Shown here: positions 38,612 to 49,499 of the stretch, piece by piece | Numbering within the stretch: position 1 is the first letter of the stretch | Layout: each line of letters starts with the position of its first letter | Assembly: GCA_951406725.2 (NCBI GenBank) | Contig: OX597832.1 | Location: 52,638,001 to 52,702,000, forward strand | Length of the DNA stretch: 64,000 bases | DNA from: Octopus vulgaris | Lineage: Eukaryota | Reading direction: 5' to 3' | Position numbers and translations under genes: made by a program | Notes under the pieces: generated by a model | The model's input: the letters and a program-made list of their open reading frames with translations, nothing else | Database searches by the model: none | Told to the model about the DNA's origin: nothing

Positions 38612-39891
38612 TTAGGTTGTCAAGAAAGTTCTTGCAGTTTTTAACCTTTAAATTCAGATGCACATATCTCGGCTCAAACAAAACTTTATTAATCGAAATA
38701 AACTCCATCAGAATCAACACACATTTGCCAACGGGAAACAAGTTTTTTTATGCCAGTAGCATAAAAATCCTGCATTCTGGTGGTGATGAAGTCGTTGACG
38801 GCATGTTTGGCATCATCTTGGTTTTTGAAGCATTACTCACACAGGAAGTTGTTGAGATGCTTGAAAAAGTGGTAGGCAAGAGGTCTAGTGAGTATGGTGG
38901 ATGAGGCAGAGTTTCGTAGCCCAATTCGTTGAACTTCTGCAGGGTCAGTTGTGTGACGTGTGGCTGAGCATTGTTGTGGAGAATTGATCCTTTTCCATTG
39001 ACCAATGCTGGCTGTTGTTGGAGTTTCTTATGCATTTCATCCATTTGCTGACAGTACTTCTCTGCTGTAATGGTTTCACCTGGATCCAAAAAGCTGTGAT
39101 GGATGAGACCACCAAACGGCCTCAGACCACCAAACAGTCACCATGACCTTCTTTTGGTGCAACTTTGGCTTCGGGAAGTGCCGTGGAGCTTTGTTGGTGT
39201 CCAACCACTGAGCTGAGCATTGTTGGTTGTAAAGAATCCACTTTTCATTGCAAGTCACAATCAGGTTGAGAAATGGGTCATTCTTGTTGCGTAAAAGAAG
39301 GGAAGACGACACATCAAAACGGTGTTTTTTTTTTGGTTGTCATTCAATTCGTGCAGCACCCATTTCTCAAGTATTTTTGTTTTTCCAATCTCTTTCAATT
39401 GGTTGGAAATTGTCATATACGTTACATCTAATTCAGAAGCAAGCTCTCCAACAGTTGTGCATGGATTGGCTTCGACTAAGGCTTTTAGTTGGTCGTTGTC
39501 AACATCCGATGGCCGAGCACTATGCTTATCATCTTCAAGCCTCTCTTCACCGCTACAAAATTTCTTGAGCCACCATTGTGCTGTACGTTCATTAGTGGTT
39601 CCTGGGCCAAATGCATCGATGATATCGCGAGCTGTTTCAGCAGCTTTTCAGCCTAGCTTGAACTGGAATAAGAAAATTGTGCGAATTTGCTTTTTGTCCA
39701 TGTTGTATTCAATGTTCCGGAAGAAATAGCCTAATTATTCAAAAAGAAAAAAGAGTAACACAATTAGACAGAGTGAAAAACAAGCTTTAAAAATATATAT
39801 AAAGTCAAAGTAATTTAATGAAAATTAATTTGAAAATACATAATTTAAAACCAAAATTTTAAATTCCACCAGAACCTTCTTGACAACCTAA
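38612..39891 (-). mobile_element. Full-length-size (~1.28 kb) frameshifted mariner transposon
   Basis: TA-flanked TIRs TTAGGTTGTCAAGAA; fragments IVTCNEKWILY, KKVMVTVWW, LHNNAQPH, LPHPPYSLDL. Confidence 0.92.
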
Positions 39892-40581
39892 TACATTTAT
39901 CCATGATGGCACATGGCCTAATGGCTAGGTTGTTGTACTCCTGACCATAAATAAGTGGTTTCAATTCCCAGACCTTACAATGCATTGTGTTCTTGAGCAA
40001 GGCACTTCATTTCACATTGGTCCAGTCCACTCAGCTGTAAATGAGTAACCCTCAGTTGACTGGTGGCCCATTCAGGGGGAATGTTGTGATCTTGGTCATT
40101 TATATGCCATGCAATCAAGACGGCGAGCTGGCAGAAACGTTAGCATGCCGGGCGAGATGCGTAGCTGTATTTCATCTGTCGCTACGTTCTGAGTTCAAAT
40201 TCCGCCGAGGTCGACTTTGCCTTTCATCCTTTCAGGGTCGATAAATTAAGTACCAGTTATGCACTGGGGTCGATATAATCGACTTAATCCGTTTGTCTGT
40301 CCTTGTTTGTCCCCTCTGTGTTTAGCCCCTTGTGGGTAGTAAAGAAATATATATGCCATGCAATCCAGGTAACTGGCCCTATGAGTACTACAACATGAGA
40401 CAGCAATGTCTTGGGAACTTACTTTTGGCTCTTTTTTTTTTTTTTTTTCACATTTATCCATCCATCTCTCTCTCTGTCTGTTTGTCCACCTGTCTGATCT
40501 ATTTCTGTCGATCTTTTTTTTGTCTGATTAACATTAGATTTTTTTTTGATTTTTTTTTTTATGTTTTTGGTTTTTTTGAAG

Positions 40582-40870
40582 AACTTGTTTTGATGGAAGA
40601 ACAGCACATCAGGCTGCAGAAAAATGTGCAAAGTTTGTTGGAGCATAAACGGGATATCGAATATATATTGGGTAGACTGAAGGAGGAAGTAGACGACATT
40701 CATGAGAAATATGATCAGGAACGTAGTCGTCATAAGATGCTGGTCACCGAAATAAACCATCTTCTTGCCCAGCAGCAATTCACAATGAAACAAATAATGA
40801 AACGCCGATCGTCAGACGGTGCACCACCAGAAGCTCAAGAAGATCCCGTCGCTCTTAAGAATGCAGTCAA
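40582..40870 (+). CDS. TSNAXIP1: TSNAXIP1-like exon (coiled coil)
   Basis: T-rich tract + gaag|AACTT...GTCAA|gtgtgt; ELVLMEEQHIRLQKNVQ...ERSRHKMLVTEINHL...EDPVALKNAV (EDPV.L..AL motif). Confidence 0.85.
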
Positions 40871-41224
40871 GTGTGTTTTTGCTTATCACTTCCATCACTA
40901 CCATTACCACTGCCCCCATCCCTACCACCACCACATAGCTGCATCATAGCTGTTACTGTTCATTAGTCATCTATCGTTATCATTATCATACATATTAAAA
41001 AGGGTGGAGTGCTGGCAGAATCGTTAGCATGTTGGGCAAAATGCTTAGTGGTATTTCGTCTGCCACTACGTTCTGAGTTCAAATTCCGCCGAGGTCGACT
41101 TTGCCTTTCATCCGATCGCGGTCGATAAATTAAGTACCAGTTTCGCACTGGGGTTGATCTAATCAACTTAATCCCTTTGTCTGTCCTTGTTTGTCCCCTC
41201 TATGTTTAGCCCCTTGTGGGCAAT

Positions 41225-41552
41225 CTCTCTTTGACTCCGCCGGTTACGACGACGAGGGTCCCAGCTGATACGATCAACGGAACAGCTTGCTCGTGAAATT
41301 AACGTGCAAATGGCTGAGCATTCCACAGACACGTGTACCCTTAACGTAGTTCTCGGGGATAATCAGCGTGACACAGAGAGTGACAAGGCTGACCCTTTGA
41401 AATACAAGTACAACTCATTTTTGCCAGCTGAGTGGACTGGAGCAACGTGAAATAAAGTGTCTTGCTCAAGGACACAACGCGTCGCCGGGAATCGAACTCA
41501 CAACCTTACGATCATGAGCCGAATGCCCTAACCACTAAGCCACGCGCCCTCA
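41225..41552 (-). mobile_element. tRNA-derived SINE family C, young copy inserted into a family A SINE
   Basis: Reverse complement of 36581-36900 with 3 differences; TSD TTGTGGGCAAT at 41214-41224 and 41553-41563. Confidence 0.85.
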
Positions 41553-42126
41553 TTGTGGGCAATAAAGAAATAGGTATTTCATCTGCCACTATGTTCTGAA
41601 TTCAAATTCCACCAAGGTCGACTCTGCCTTTCATCCTTTCGGGGTCGATTAAATAAGTACCAGTTATGCACTGGGGTCAATATAATCAACTTAACCCCCA
41701 CCCCTAAGCTGCCCTTAGATTTGAAATCATTATCATACGTATTAATCTCTATTAATCGTGTAGGTGCAGGAGTGGCTGTGTGGTAAGTAGCTTGATTGCC
41801 AACAACATGGTTCTGGGTTCAGTCCCACTGCGTGGCACCTTGGGCAAGTGTCTTCTACTGTAGCCTCGGGCCAAGGTTCAATGAAATAAGTACCAGTTGA
41901 GCACCGGGGTCAATGTAATCAGGTAGCCCCCACCCCACCTCACAGCCACACCCCTGCAAGAAAAAATTTTAGGCCTTGTGCCTATGAGTACAAAGAATAT
42001 TAATTAGCGCTGTTTGTTTTTAAGGTTTATTAATAAAGATGTTATCGTTTGCTGAAATTAAATGCTTAATAACATCGAATAGAATTTGAAGAGAGAGAGA
42101 ACTCTTTCCACTAATTTCTATTGCAG

Positions 42127-42238
42127 AGAGGCAAAGTTAAAAGAAAGAACTGCAAGCAAAATGTATTCTCAAATGAATGCAAATTATTGTGATGTTTTAC
42201 CAAGAAAAGATTATGATTCTTTCAAAAAGAAATACGAC
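42127..42238 (+). CDS. TSNAXIP1: TSNAXIP1-like exon
   Basis: ttgcag|AGAG...TACGAC|gtaagc; EAKLKERTASKMYSQMNANYCDVLPRKDYDSFKKKYD (M.ANFGDVVPRRDF motif). Confidence 0.88.
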
Positions 42239-42262
42239 GTAAGCCATTTTCTTTGTCTCATA

Positions 42263-42481
42263 TGAGGGGGGTGTGCTGAAAAGTTCCTGGTTTTGGGGTA
42301 AAAGAAAATACAGGAAGATCTGTTAATTATGGTTTATTCAATGAATTCACCTCTCAGATTCATACACTTTATTGCAGTAATCTTTCGGGTTTTCTAAGCT
42401 CTGTAAAGAAAGCCAGAAGTGTGGGCCCCAACCTGGCCATTTGTGATACCCCTTTAAAGCCAGGAACTTTTAAGCACCCCA

Positions 42482-42485
<4 letters not shown>
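42263..42485. mobile_element. Mariner-type MITE (second copy 42963-43179)
   Basis: TGAGGGG..TGCTGAAAAGTTCCTGG / CCAGGAACTTTT.AGCACCCC..CTCA TIRs, TA context. Confidence 0.7.
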
Positions 42486-42542
<57 letters not shown>

Positions 42543-42583
42543 AAAGAATGGAGTTGAACGACGAATTAACAAAATTCCTTTAT

Positions 42584-42665
42584 TTTTGACATATGTTTCG
42601 AAGGCTGCATATTCCTAATTTCGAAGGAATAAGGGGTACATTATGCCGCCTTCTCATCAGGAAAA
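42584..42665 (-). ncRNA. Type I hammerhead ribozyme motif (canonical CUGAUGA/GAAA, GUC triplet)
   Basis: Minus strand TTTTC-CTGATGA-GAAGGCGGCATA...TATGCAGCCTTC-GAAA-CATATG-T-C-AAAA; 12-bp stem II with one mismatch; first stem I pair mismatched. Confidence 0.7.
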
Positions 42666-43360
42666 ACAAGGAACTTATGTCAGCATCAAGATGCACAAAA
42701 ACTTTTCGATGACTGCCCACACGGAGCCCATAGCGATATATTTATATATATATATATAATTATTAATTTAACATATAAATTACCTATAAGATTTTATTTC
42801 ATGCTGACTACCTGATATAATCATTAACGTGGTTTTATCCTTCAATTCTATTAAGAAGAATATATATATATATATATATGGCGGTGCCCCAGTATGGCCA
42901 CAGCTTGTGAGCTGAAACTAGATGAAAATGAAAAAAAATATATATATATGCATATACATACATGAGGGAGTGCTGAAAAGTTTCTGGCTTTGGATTAAAA
43001 ACAATACAGGAGAATCAGTCAGTTATGATTTTATTCAACGTATCCCTCTCTCATATACACACACTTATTGCAGTGGTCCTTAAGATTTTCTAAGCCCTGT
43101 AAAAGAACTCGGATGATTGGGCCTCCAACCAAGCCCTTTGCAATATCCTTTAAGCCAGGGTCTTTTCAGCACCCCCTCATACAATTAAAAGCTTTATAAC
43201 TTTGGTCTATAAAATCTAGAAATATCAGAATTATGAGTACATCGGATAAATCCCCTCTTCTCCATCCACAATTCCTAGAGGTTCACGGTGGGTAGAGTTC
43301 ACAGATGTCTCCTCCAGAGTCCAGAAGCTGGTTACCCACCTGGTTCTTGGCCCCAAGCAT

Positions 43361-43775
43361 TTGTCTTATGAAGAAAGGCTGAAGACGCTCGACCTTTATT
43401 CTCTAGAAAAACGCCGCCGCCGTGGTGATCTCATTCTTGCTCACAACATCATAAGCGGAAAGTGTAACCTCTCGAAAGAGCTGTTCTTCACTCCTGCTCC
43501 AGAGCGTCGGCTGTGGGGTCACTCCAAAAAGCTCTATCTGCGACGATTTCATCTCAATTGAAGGAGAGGGGCTTTCTCTGTCCGGGTTGCGGATCCGTGG
43601 AATAAGCTGCCGGACGAGATAAGGAAGATGCCGACGACCGCTCGGTTCAAAGTCTCTCTTGACCAGAAATGGCCTGAACTCTTTGGATGAACACCACCCT
43701 GTACATAACTCCATGTCCCCCTACATGGCCGTGCTTTTTGCTTTTTGAGCCAAAAACTTAACTTAACATAACTTA
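43361..43775 (+). mobile_element. CR1/L2-type LINE 3' fragment
   Basis: SYEERLKTLDLYSLEKRRRRGDLI...FSVRVADPWNKLP; short (AACTT)-like tail. Confidence 0.85.
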
Positions 43776-44414
43776 TCAGAAGCAATCATTATTATTCTTT
43801 CTGGTTGAATTTCCAAGTATAATCCAACCATCTACTTCTTGGTATACCCTTAGTGCTCCAGCCAGTTGGCTCAGCTTGAAGAATCTGTCTTGTAATTCTT
43901 TCCTGTGACATTCTACTCACATGTCCATAGTACCAGCAATATCTGGTGAATGTGGAAGGTGGGGTAACACATCTCAGCCGAGCTGCAGCAATTTTTGTCT
44001 GGTTCCCAAAGCATCATGTATCGGAAATTAACTTTCTTATCTTCCGTTTTAAAGGGTTACAGAATTAACACAGGTTATAGGAACATAAACCTTCTTCCAC
44101 GAAAAGATGGCTTAAACTGTGCTCTAAATGGAGGTGTAGTCAAATGCTATTTTATGGATTCAACCATGTTCTAAAATAAGTCGAAAGGTAAGCTGCTATA
44201 AATCGGCACAAACTTTCCGGACAACCCAATACTAGCACAATCAGCCACAGGTACTACTCTCATAGCTAGTACTCGTTTGACGGTGTACTTATTTCAGTAA
44301 TTATAATAGAGGGTATCTATGAGGTGTCATTTATAATTCTCATCTTGAGTCATACAGTTTGAAGTTAGACCTATTTTTGATTAAGGCTATAATAATAATA
44401 ATAATAATAATAAT

Positions 44415-44895
44415 TGTGTACAGTGTATATATAATCAGGTGTAGTTTCGGCGGATTTCGGAAAGCATGAGGGCCTTTGTATTTTTTTTATGGCAGTCAAC
44501 AACTGACGCAGGCAGTTTATTCCATGCTTCAGCAACTCTTAGCGTGAAAAAATGTTTCCGAAAGTCATGGGAGCTGTGTTGTTTTCTGACTTTGTAGGCA
44601 TGTCCACGTGTGTTGGACACATGGAGATCAAAAAGGTGTTCAGTGTTGTTGGTGGTGAGGTGGTTGATAACTTTGTGGGTGTTTACCAAGTCCGTCGCCA
44701 GACGCCGGAGCTTCAGTGAATCCATGCCCAGGGAAACAAGGCGCTCAGAATATGGTAGGTGTCTGATGGAGGGTATGCGTTTGGTTGCACGTCTCTGGAC
44801 AGATTCCAGGAGGTCAATGTTCTGAGCAAGATAGGGGTTCCAAACTGATGATGCGAATTCCAAGTGTGGTCGTACCATAGCTGTATACAGTTTTA
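44415..44895 (-). mobile_element. CR1-type LINE 3' fragment (same family at 27290-27510)
   Basis: MVRPHLEFASSVWNPY...LESVQRRATK...RRLATDL...TRGH..K...HFFTLRVAEAWNKLP. Confidence 0.9.
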
Positions 44896-45114
44896 AATGT
44901 AGATAAACAGACTCTAGCTAAAGGCCTTTAATGCGTCTAACTTTTATTTTTCTTCAAAAAAGAAAATAAATAAAAGAAATTAAATTTGGTAATTATTGCC
45001 GATGAAGATTTCAAGTATTTCTCCAATAAATTAGTAGAAATTATATAAAATTCATTGATAGGTTATAGACTTTTGATCAAAGCATTAAAATGTTTTTGTT
45101 TTTTGTTTATCCAG

Positions 45115-45176
45115 GAAGAAATGACGACCTATGAAGATTTACTGAACACTTACAAACTATTTGGATCTGAACATGG
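45115..45176 (+). CDS. TSNAXIP1: TSNAXIP1-like exon
   Basis: ccag|GAAGAA...CATGG|gtaaat; EEMTTYEDLLNTYKLFGSEH; phases fit both neighbours. Confidence 0.75.
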
Positions 45177-45471
45177 GTAAATCTGATCCTATTATCCCAA
45201 CCTTTTGCTATTTTTATTCGATATTTTATTCCAGTTTAAGGTGGTGAGCTGGCAGAACCATTAGCAAACAGGACGAAATACTTGACAGTATTTCCTCTGA
45301 ATTTACGTTTTGGGTTCAAATTTCGCTAAGGTTTAATTTCTCGTTCTTTCTTTTGGAGTTGATAAAAGAAGAACCAGTGAATAATAATAGGAATAACAAC
45401 ACCAATAACAATTACGAAAAGATGAAGGGAAGGAGGGGGAAGAAGAAGAAGAAAAGGTGTTTGTGTGTATG

Positions 45472-45508
<37 letters not shown>

Positions 45509-45784
45509 CTTTACTACCCACAAGGGGCTAAACATAGAGAGGACAAACAAGGACAGACAAACGGATTAAGTCAATTACATCGACCCCAGTGCGAAACTGA
45601 TACTTTATTTATCGACCCCGAAAGGATGAAAGGCAAAGTCGACCTTGGCGGAATTTGAACTCAGAACGTAACGACAGATGAAATACCGCTAAGCATTTCG
45701 CCCGGCGCGCTAACGTTTCTGCCAGCTCGCCGCCTTTATATATATATATATAAATATATATATATATGTGTGTGTGTGTGTGAA

Positions 45785-46053
45785 GACATATGACCCTTAA
45801 GCATCAGTCTACTGACTGGTGATGACAGCTGATGCTACAGAATTTGCAGATGTGGAAGAGGTGAAGATAAAAATTATGGCGGTATTAAAAGGCATCACTT
45901 CTCAAGACTTCCAGCACTGCTTCGGATAGTGAAAAACGCTTCTGGACTGATGCATTGCTTCAAATGGAGAATACTTTGAAGATATAAGTGTAAACATGTA
46001 AAACTAAGTGAATAAAATTATATTGCAAAATTCCAGTTTCTTTTGGGTTCCCC

Positions 46054-46057
<4 letters not shown>
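45785..46057 (+). mobile_element. Mariner 3' fragment
   Basis: C-terminal transposase remnant (FADVEEVK...DFQHCF...CIASNGEYFE) followed by a TIR ending CCCCTCA-TA. Confidence 0.6.
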
Positions 46058-46094
<37 letters not shown>

Positions 46095-46097
<3 letters not shown>

Positions 46098-46297
46098 ATC
46101 CAAAGAAGAAAACACAAAAAAACACAGCAACGCGAGGACGTGGAACAAATAAAGTATTATTGGATGCTCAGGAAAAAAGGGAAGAAGGAGGGTTTAACGT
46201 TTCGAGCGGAGCTCTTCGTCGGAAACAACGGAGAAGGAAAGATCCCGAGAAGGGAAGACAGAGGAAAAAAAAATTGCTGGCGGTGCTCACAAGGTCA
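46095..46297 (-). mobile_element. Penelope-like pseudo-LTR remnant with minimal hammerhead motif at 46192-46226
   Basis: Minus strand GTTT-CCGACGA-A-GAGC-tcc-GCTC-GAAA-CG-T-T-AAAC; unit embedded in (TA)n; related degenerate copy at 37515-37645. Confidence 0.55.
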
Positions 46298-46317
46298 CAT
46301 ATATATATATATATATA

Positions 46318-46622
46318 TCACCGTGACCGACCAGGCTATCAGATGTTGCTACACATCGCTGGTCACAATGTGCTTCGCATTGGTTTTTAGCCATCAAATG
46401 ACGCCGCCCCGCTGGCTAGGCGAGCAGGCCAACAGAAGAAAGAGCGAGAGAAAGTTGTGGCGAAAGAGTACAGCAGGGATTGCCACCACCCCCTGCCGGA
46501 GCCTCGTACAGCTTTAGGTGTTTTCGCTGAATAAACACTCACAACGCCTGGTCTGGGAATCGAAACCGTAATCCTACAACCACGAGTCTGCAGCCCTAAC
46601 CACTGGACCATTGCGCCTCCAC
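46318..46622 (-). mobile_element. tRNA-derived SINE family D (copies 29211-29490+, 16590-16700- partial; D/C hybrid at 60188-60562-)
   Basis: GGCGCAATGGTCCAGTGGTTAGGG..GGTTTCGATTCC head; inserted in (TA)n. Confidence 0.8.
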
Positions 46623-46627
<5 letters not shown>

Positions 46628-46653
<26 letters not shown>

Positions 46654-46910
46654 GTATGTATGTATGTATGTATGTATGTATGTATGTATGTATGTATGTA
46701 TGTATGTATGTATGTATGTATGTATGTATGTATGTATGTATGTATGTATGTATGTATGTATGTATGTATGTATGTATGTATGTATGTATGTATGTATGTA
46801 TGTATGTATGTATGTATGTATGTATGTATGTATGTATGTATGTATGTATGTATGTATGTATGTATGTATGTATGTATGTATGTATGTATGTATGAGTGTA
46901 TGTATGTATG
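46628..46910. repeat. (TATG)n microsatellite
   Basis: Nearly pure tandem TATG. Confidence 0.97.
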
Positions 46911-47086
46911 TGTGCGTGCGTGCAATTATAAAGAGAAATCAAGTCAGTTTGTGTTCAGTGATTTCTAGAATTGATTAAGATTCTAAAATCAAGAATAAAT
47001 TGTTTTCTTTGATATTTAATTAAAATACATTCTATTTCTATGCTGTATCAAAAGTTTCTCAATGCTTTCTGTTTCCTTTAAAATAG

Positions 47087-47176
47087 AATTTTATTAAAGA
47101 TGAACCAAAATCTAACAGAGGAAAGAAACCATTATTACCAACAGCAGCAGAAACTACAGTCAATATCAGGAGCAAT
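47087..47176 (+). CDS. TSNAXIP1: TSNAXIP1-like exon
   Basis: aatag|AATT...GCAAT|gtatgt; ILLKMNQNLTEERNHYYQQQQKLQSISGA. Confidence 0.75.
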
Positions 47177-47429
47177 GTATGTATTACATTTTCTCACAAA
47201 ACGATGCATTTACTAGGAACTACTTATGTAGGACTTAAGTTTCTTATGAGAAAATTATATCATAGGTGTAGGAGTGGCTGTGTGGTAAGTAGCTTGCTTA
47301 CGAACCACATTGTTCCGGGTTCAGTCCCAATGCATGGCACCTTGGGCAAGTGTCTTCTACTATAGCCTCGGGCCGACCAAAGCCTTGTGAGTGGATTTGG
47401 TAGACGGAAACTGAAAGAAGCCCATCGTA

Positions 47430-47500
<71 letters not shown>

Positions 47501-48141
47501 TAATATGTTTTTTGTGTCTGTGTTTGTCCCCACCAACATCGCTTGACAACATATGCTGGTGTGTTTACATCCCCGTAACTTAGCAGCTTGGCAAAAGTGA
47601 TCGATAGAATAAGTACTAGGCTTACAAAGAATAAGTCCTGGGGTCAATTTTCTCGACTAAAGTCGGTGCTCCAGCATGGTCACAGTCAAATGACTGAAAC
47701 AAGTAAAAGAGTAAAAGCGTATCATCATACATTCATATCACAGTATGAATTCTGATCCTGAACAACACTCAAATGGTCCCTTGCTATTGAAAAATTTGAT
47801 AAAAAAAACAAAGTTCTCTTTGGCATTGGTAAGTCTGTTAACGATGTTTTGGTATGGATAACTTGCATGGCAAATGTCTTCTGCTTTAGCCTCTGGCTGA
47901 CTAAAGTCTTATGAGATTTGATTGACAGAAAGTGAAAGAAACTTGCGTGTGTGTTGGTTGGTAGGTAGGTAGGTATGAATGTTCTTTTCTGTTTATAAAT
48001 ATTAAAATTTTTCTGAAGAAGGAGCTGGTTCCTAACAAATATACAAAGCTCCCTTGTTGGAATGCAGATAACGAAAACAATGTCACATTTTAAACCTGTG
48101 AAAAAATCTTGCATAGTTTTAACCAAAACCTAAAACTTTAT

Positions 48142-48486
48142 AACAATTGCAGCGTGGAAGGTGTTTATAAGCCATTTAAGAAAAACACAAAAACCGTTAG
48201 ATTCACTTCAACATTTAAATTTAATTTGCCAAAATATTTTCTTCGCTTTGAGACCGCAACCTGTTCACTGACAAAATTTCGTGCTGCATCTCAATTTTGT
48301 CAGTGAACAGGTCACGGTCTCAAAGCGAAGAAAATATTTTGACAAATTATATTTAAATGTTGCAGTGAATCTAATGATTTTTGTGTGTTTCTTAAATGGC
48401 TTATAAACATCTTCCACGCTGCAATTGTTTTCGTTCCAGCACATGATCTCAGATCAGGTCGCTTGCTATGCAAGTACATCTCCGTA
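48142..48486. mobile_element. Fold-back Penelope-like insertion (second copy, opposite orientation)
   Basis: Inverted arms ~48142-48278 / 48293-48429, each carrying the GTGAACAG..GAAAATATTTTG motif; imperfect TSD TAAAACTT(T/A)ATA. Confidence 0.65.
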
Positions 48487-48625
48487 ATAAAACTTAATAT
48501 TTCATGATAAAATGAACAATGGGTAAATATATACATTACCTCACTTGGTAGTCATAGTTGTTATATACCTAAAATAATTTTTCTTTTTAAGAAAAACTAA
48601 CACTAGTTTATATTTCGTTGTTTAG

Positions 48626-48791
48626 ACAACATTGGAAGAAATGTGTTGGCTATATCACTGGCGAAGATGTCAGCTGGCAAGAAATATCCTCTGAGGCAGC
48701 CTCCCGGGAACTTTTACAAGTTTTGATACAAACTATTAGTGCAAAGGAAGCTGCTCATCTTGAAATGGATATAACTTCATTTACTGGAAAG
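48626..48791 (+). CDS. TSNAXIP1: TSNAXIP1-like exon
   Basis: tttag|ACAA...GGAAAG|gtttct; QHWKKCVGYITGEDVSWQEISSEAASRELLQVLIQTISAKEAAHLEMDITSFTGK (W.KC......W...S.QL..VL motif). Confidence 0.85.
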
Positions 48792-49467
48792 GTTTCTATT
48801 ATCTTCGTTTATTACAGTCTTTTAATATCATTTGTTTTTACTCTTTTATTTGTTTCTGTGGCCATGCTGGGGCACTGTCTTGATGGGTCTTTGATGAACA
48901 AATTGACCCCAGTTCTTATTACTCTTTTACTCTTTTACTTGTTTCAGTTTTTTGCTGGAAAGCTTAGTATTTATTCTGTCGGTCTCTTTTTGCGAACGAC
49001 TAAGTTACAATGACCTAAACAAATCAAGCAATGGTGGGGAACAAACACGAACACAAAGACACACACACACATAGTTACATACCATATGTATGGTATAAAT
49101 GGCATTAGTACATGCCAGAGTCAAAACAAAGAGTATTATTTATTGTTGGGTAGTTGCAAGGTTGTCATTCTTGCTGTTTAGATATAGATGCAGCCTTGGA
49201 TCTTGACCCAGCAAACTTTTAAACAAGAATATTCTGACCAAACATAACTATTTACTTGTTAAAATCTTTGTCTATATGATTCCAACCTTGTTTTCTTCTT
49301 TCCCGTTCATATTCCTATTCAGCCATCTTCTCTGCCTACTTTTCCTGGAAGGGTCATTGTGGTAGAATCCTCAGAAAACCTCCTCCATAGGTTTCAATCG
49401 GAAGCAGTCATCATTAGACATCCTGGCTGGATTCCCAAGCATGACTTACTGGGATTATTCCCTACAC

Positions 49468-49499
49468 TGGTGACCCCGACGTGATTCAAACACGCAGCC
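49468..49499 (-). other. tRNA-Trp 3' fragment including CCA, equivalent to an extended tRNA-Trp primer-binding site on the + strand
   Basis: + strand TGGTGACCCCGACGTGATTCAAACACGCAGCC; its reverse complement GGCTGCGTGTTtGAATCACGTCGGGGTCACCA is the T-arm and acceptor of eukaryotic tRNA-Trp. Confidence 0.75.

Noticed and set aside
38748-39312. Active or domesticated (SETMAR-like) transposase
   Set aside because: Multiple frameshifts and substituted catalytic Asp residues (CNEKW, HNNA); no SET domain.
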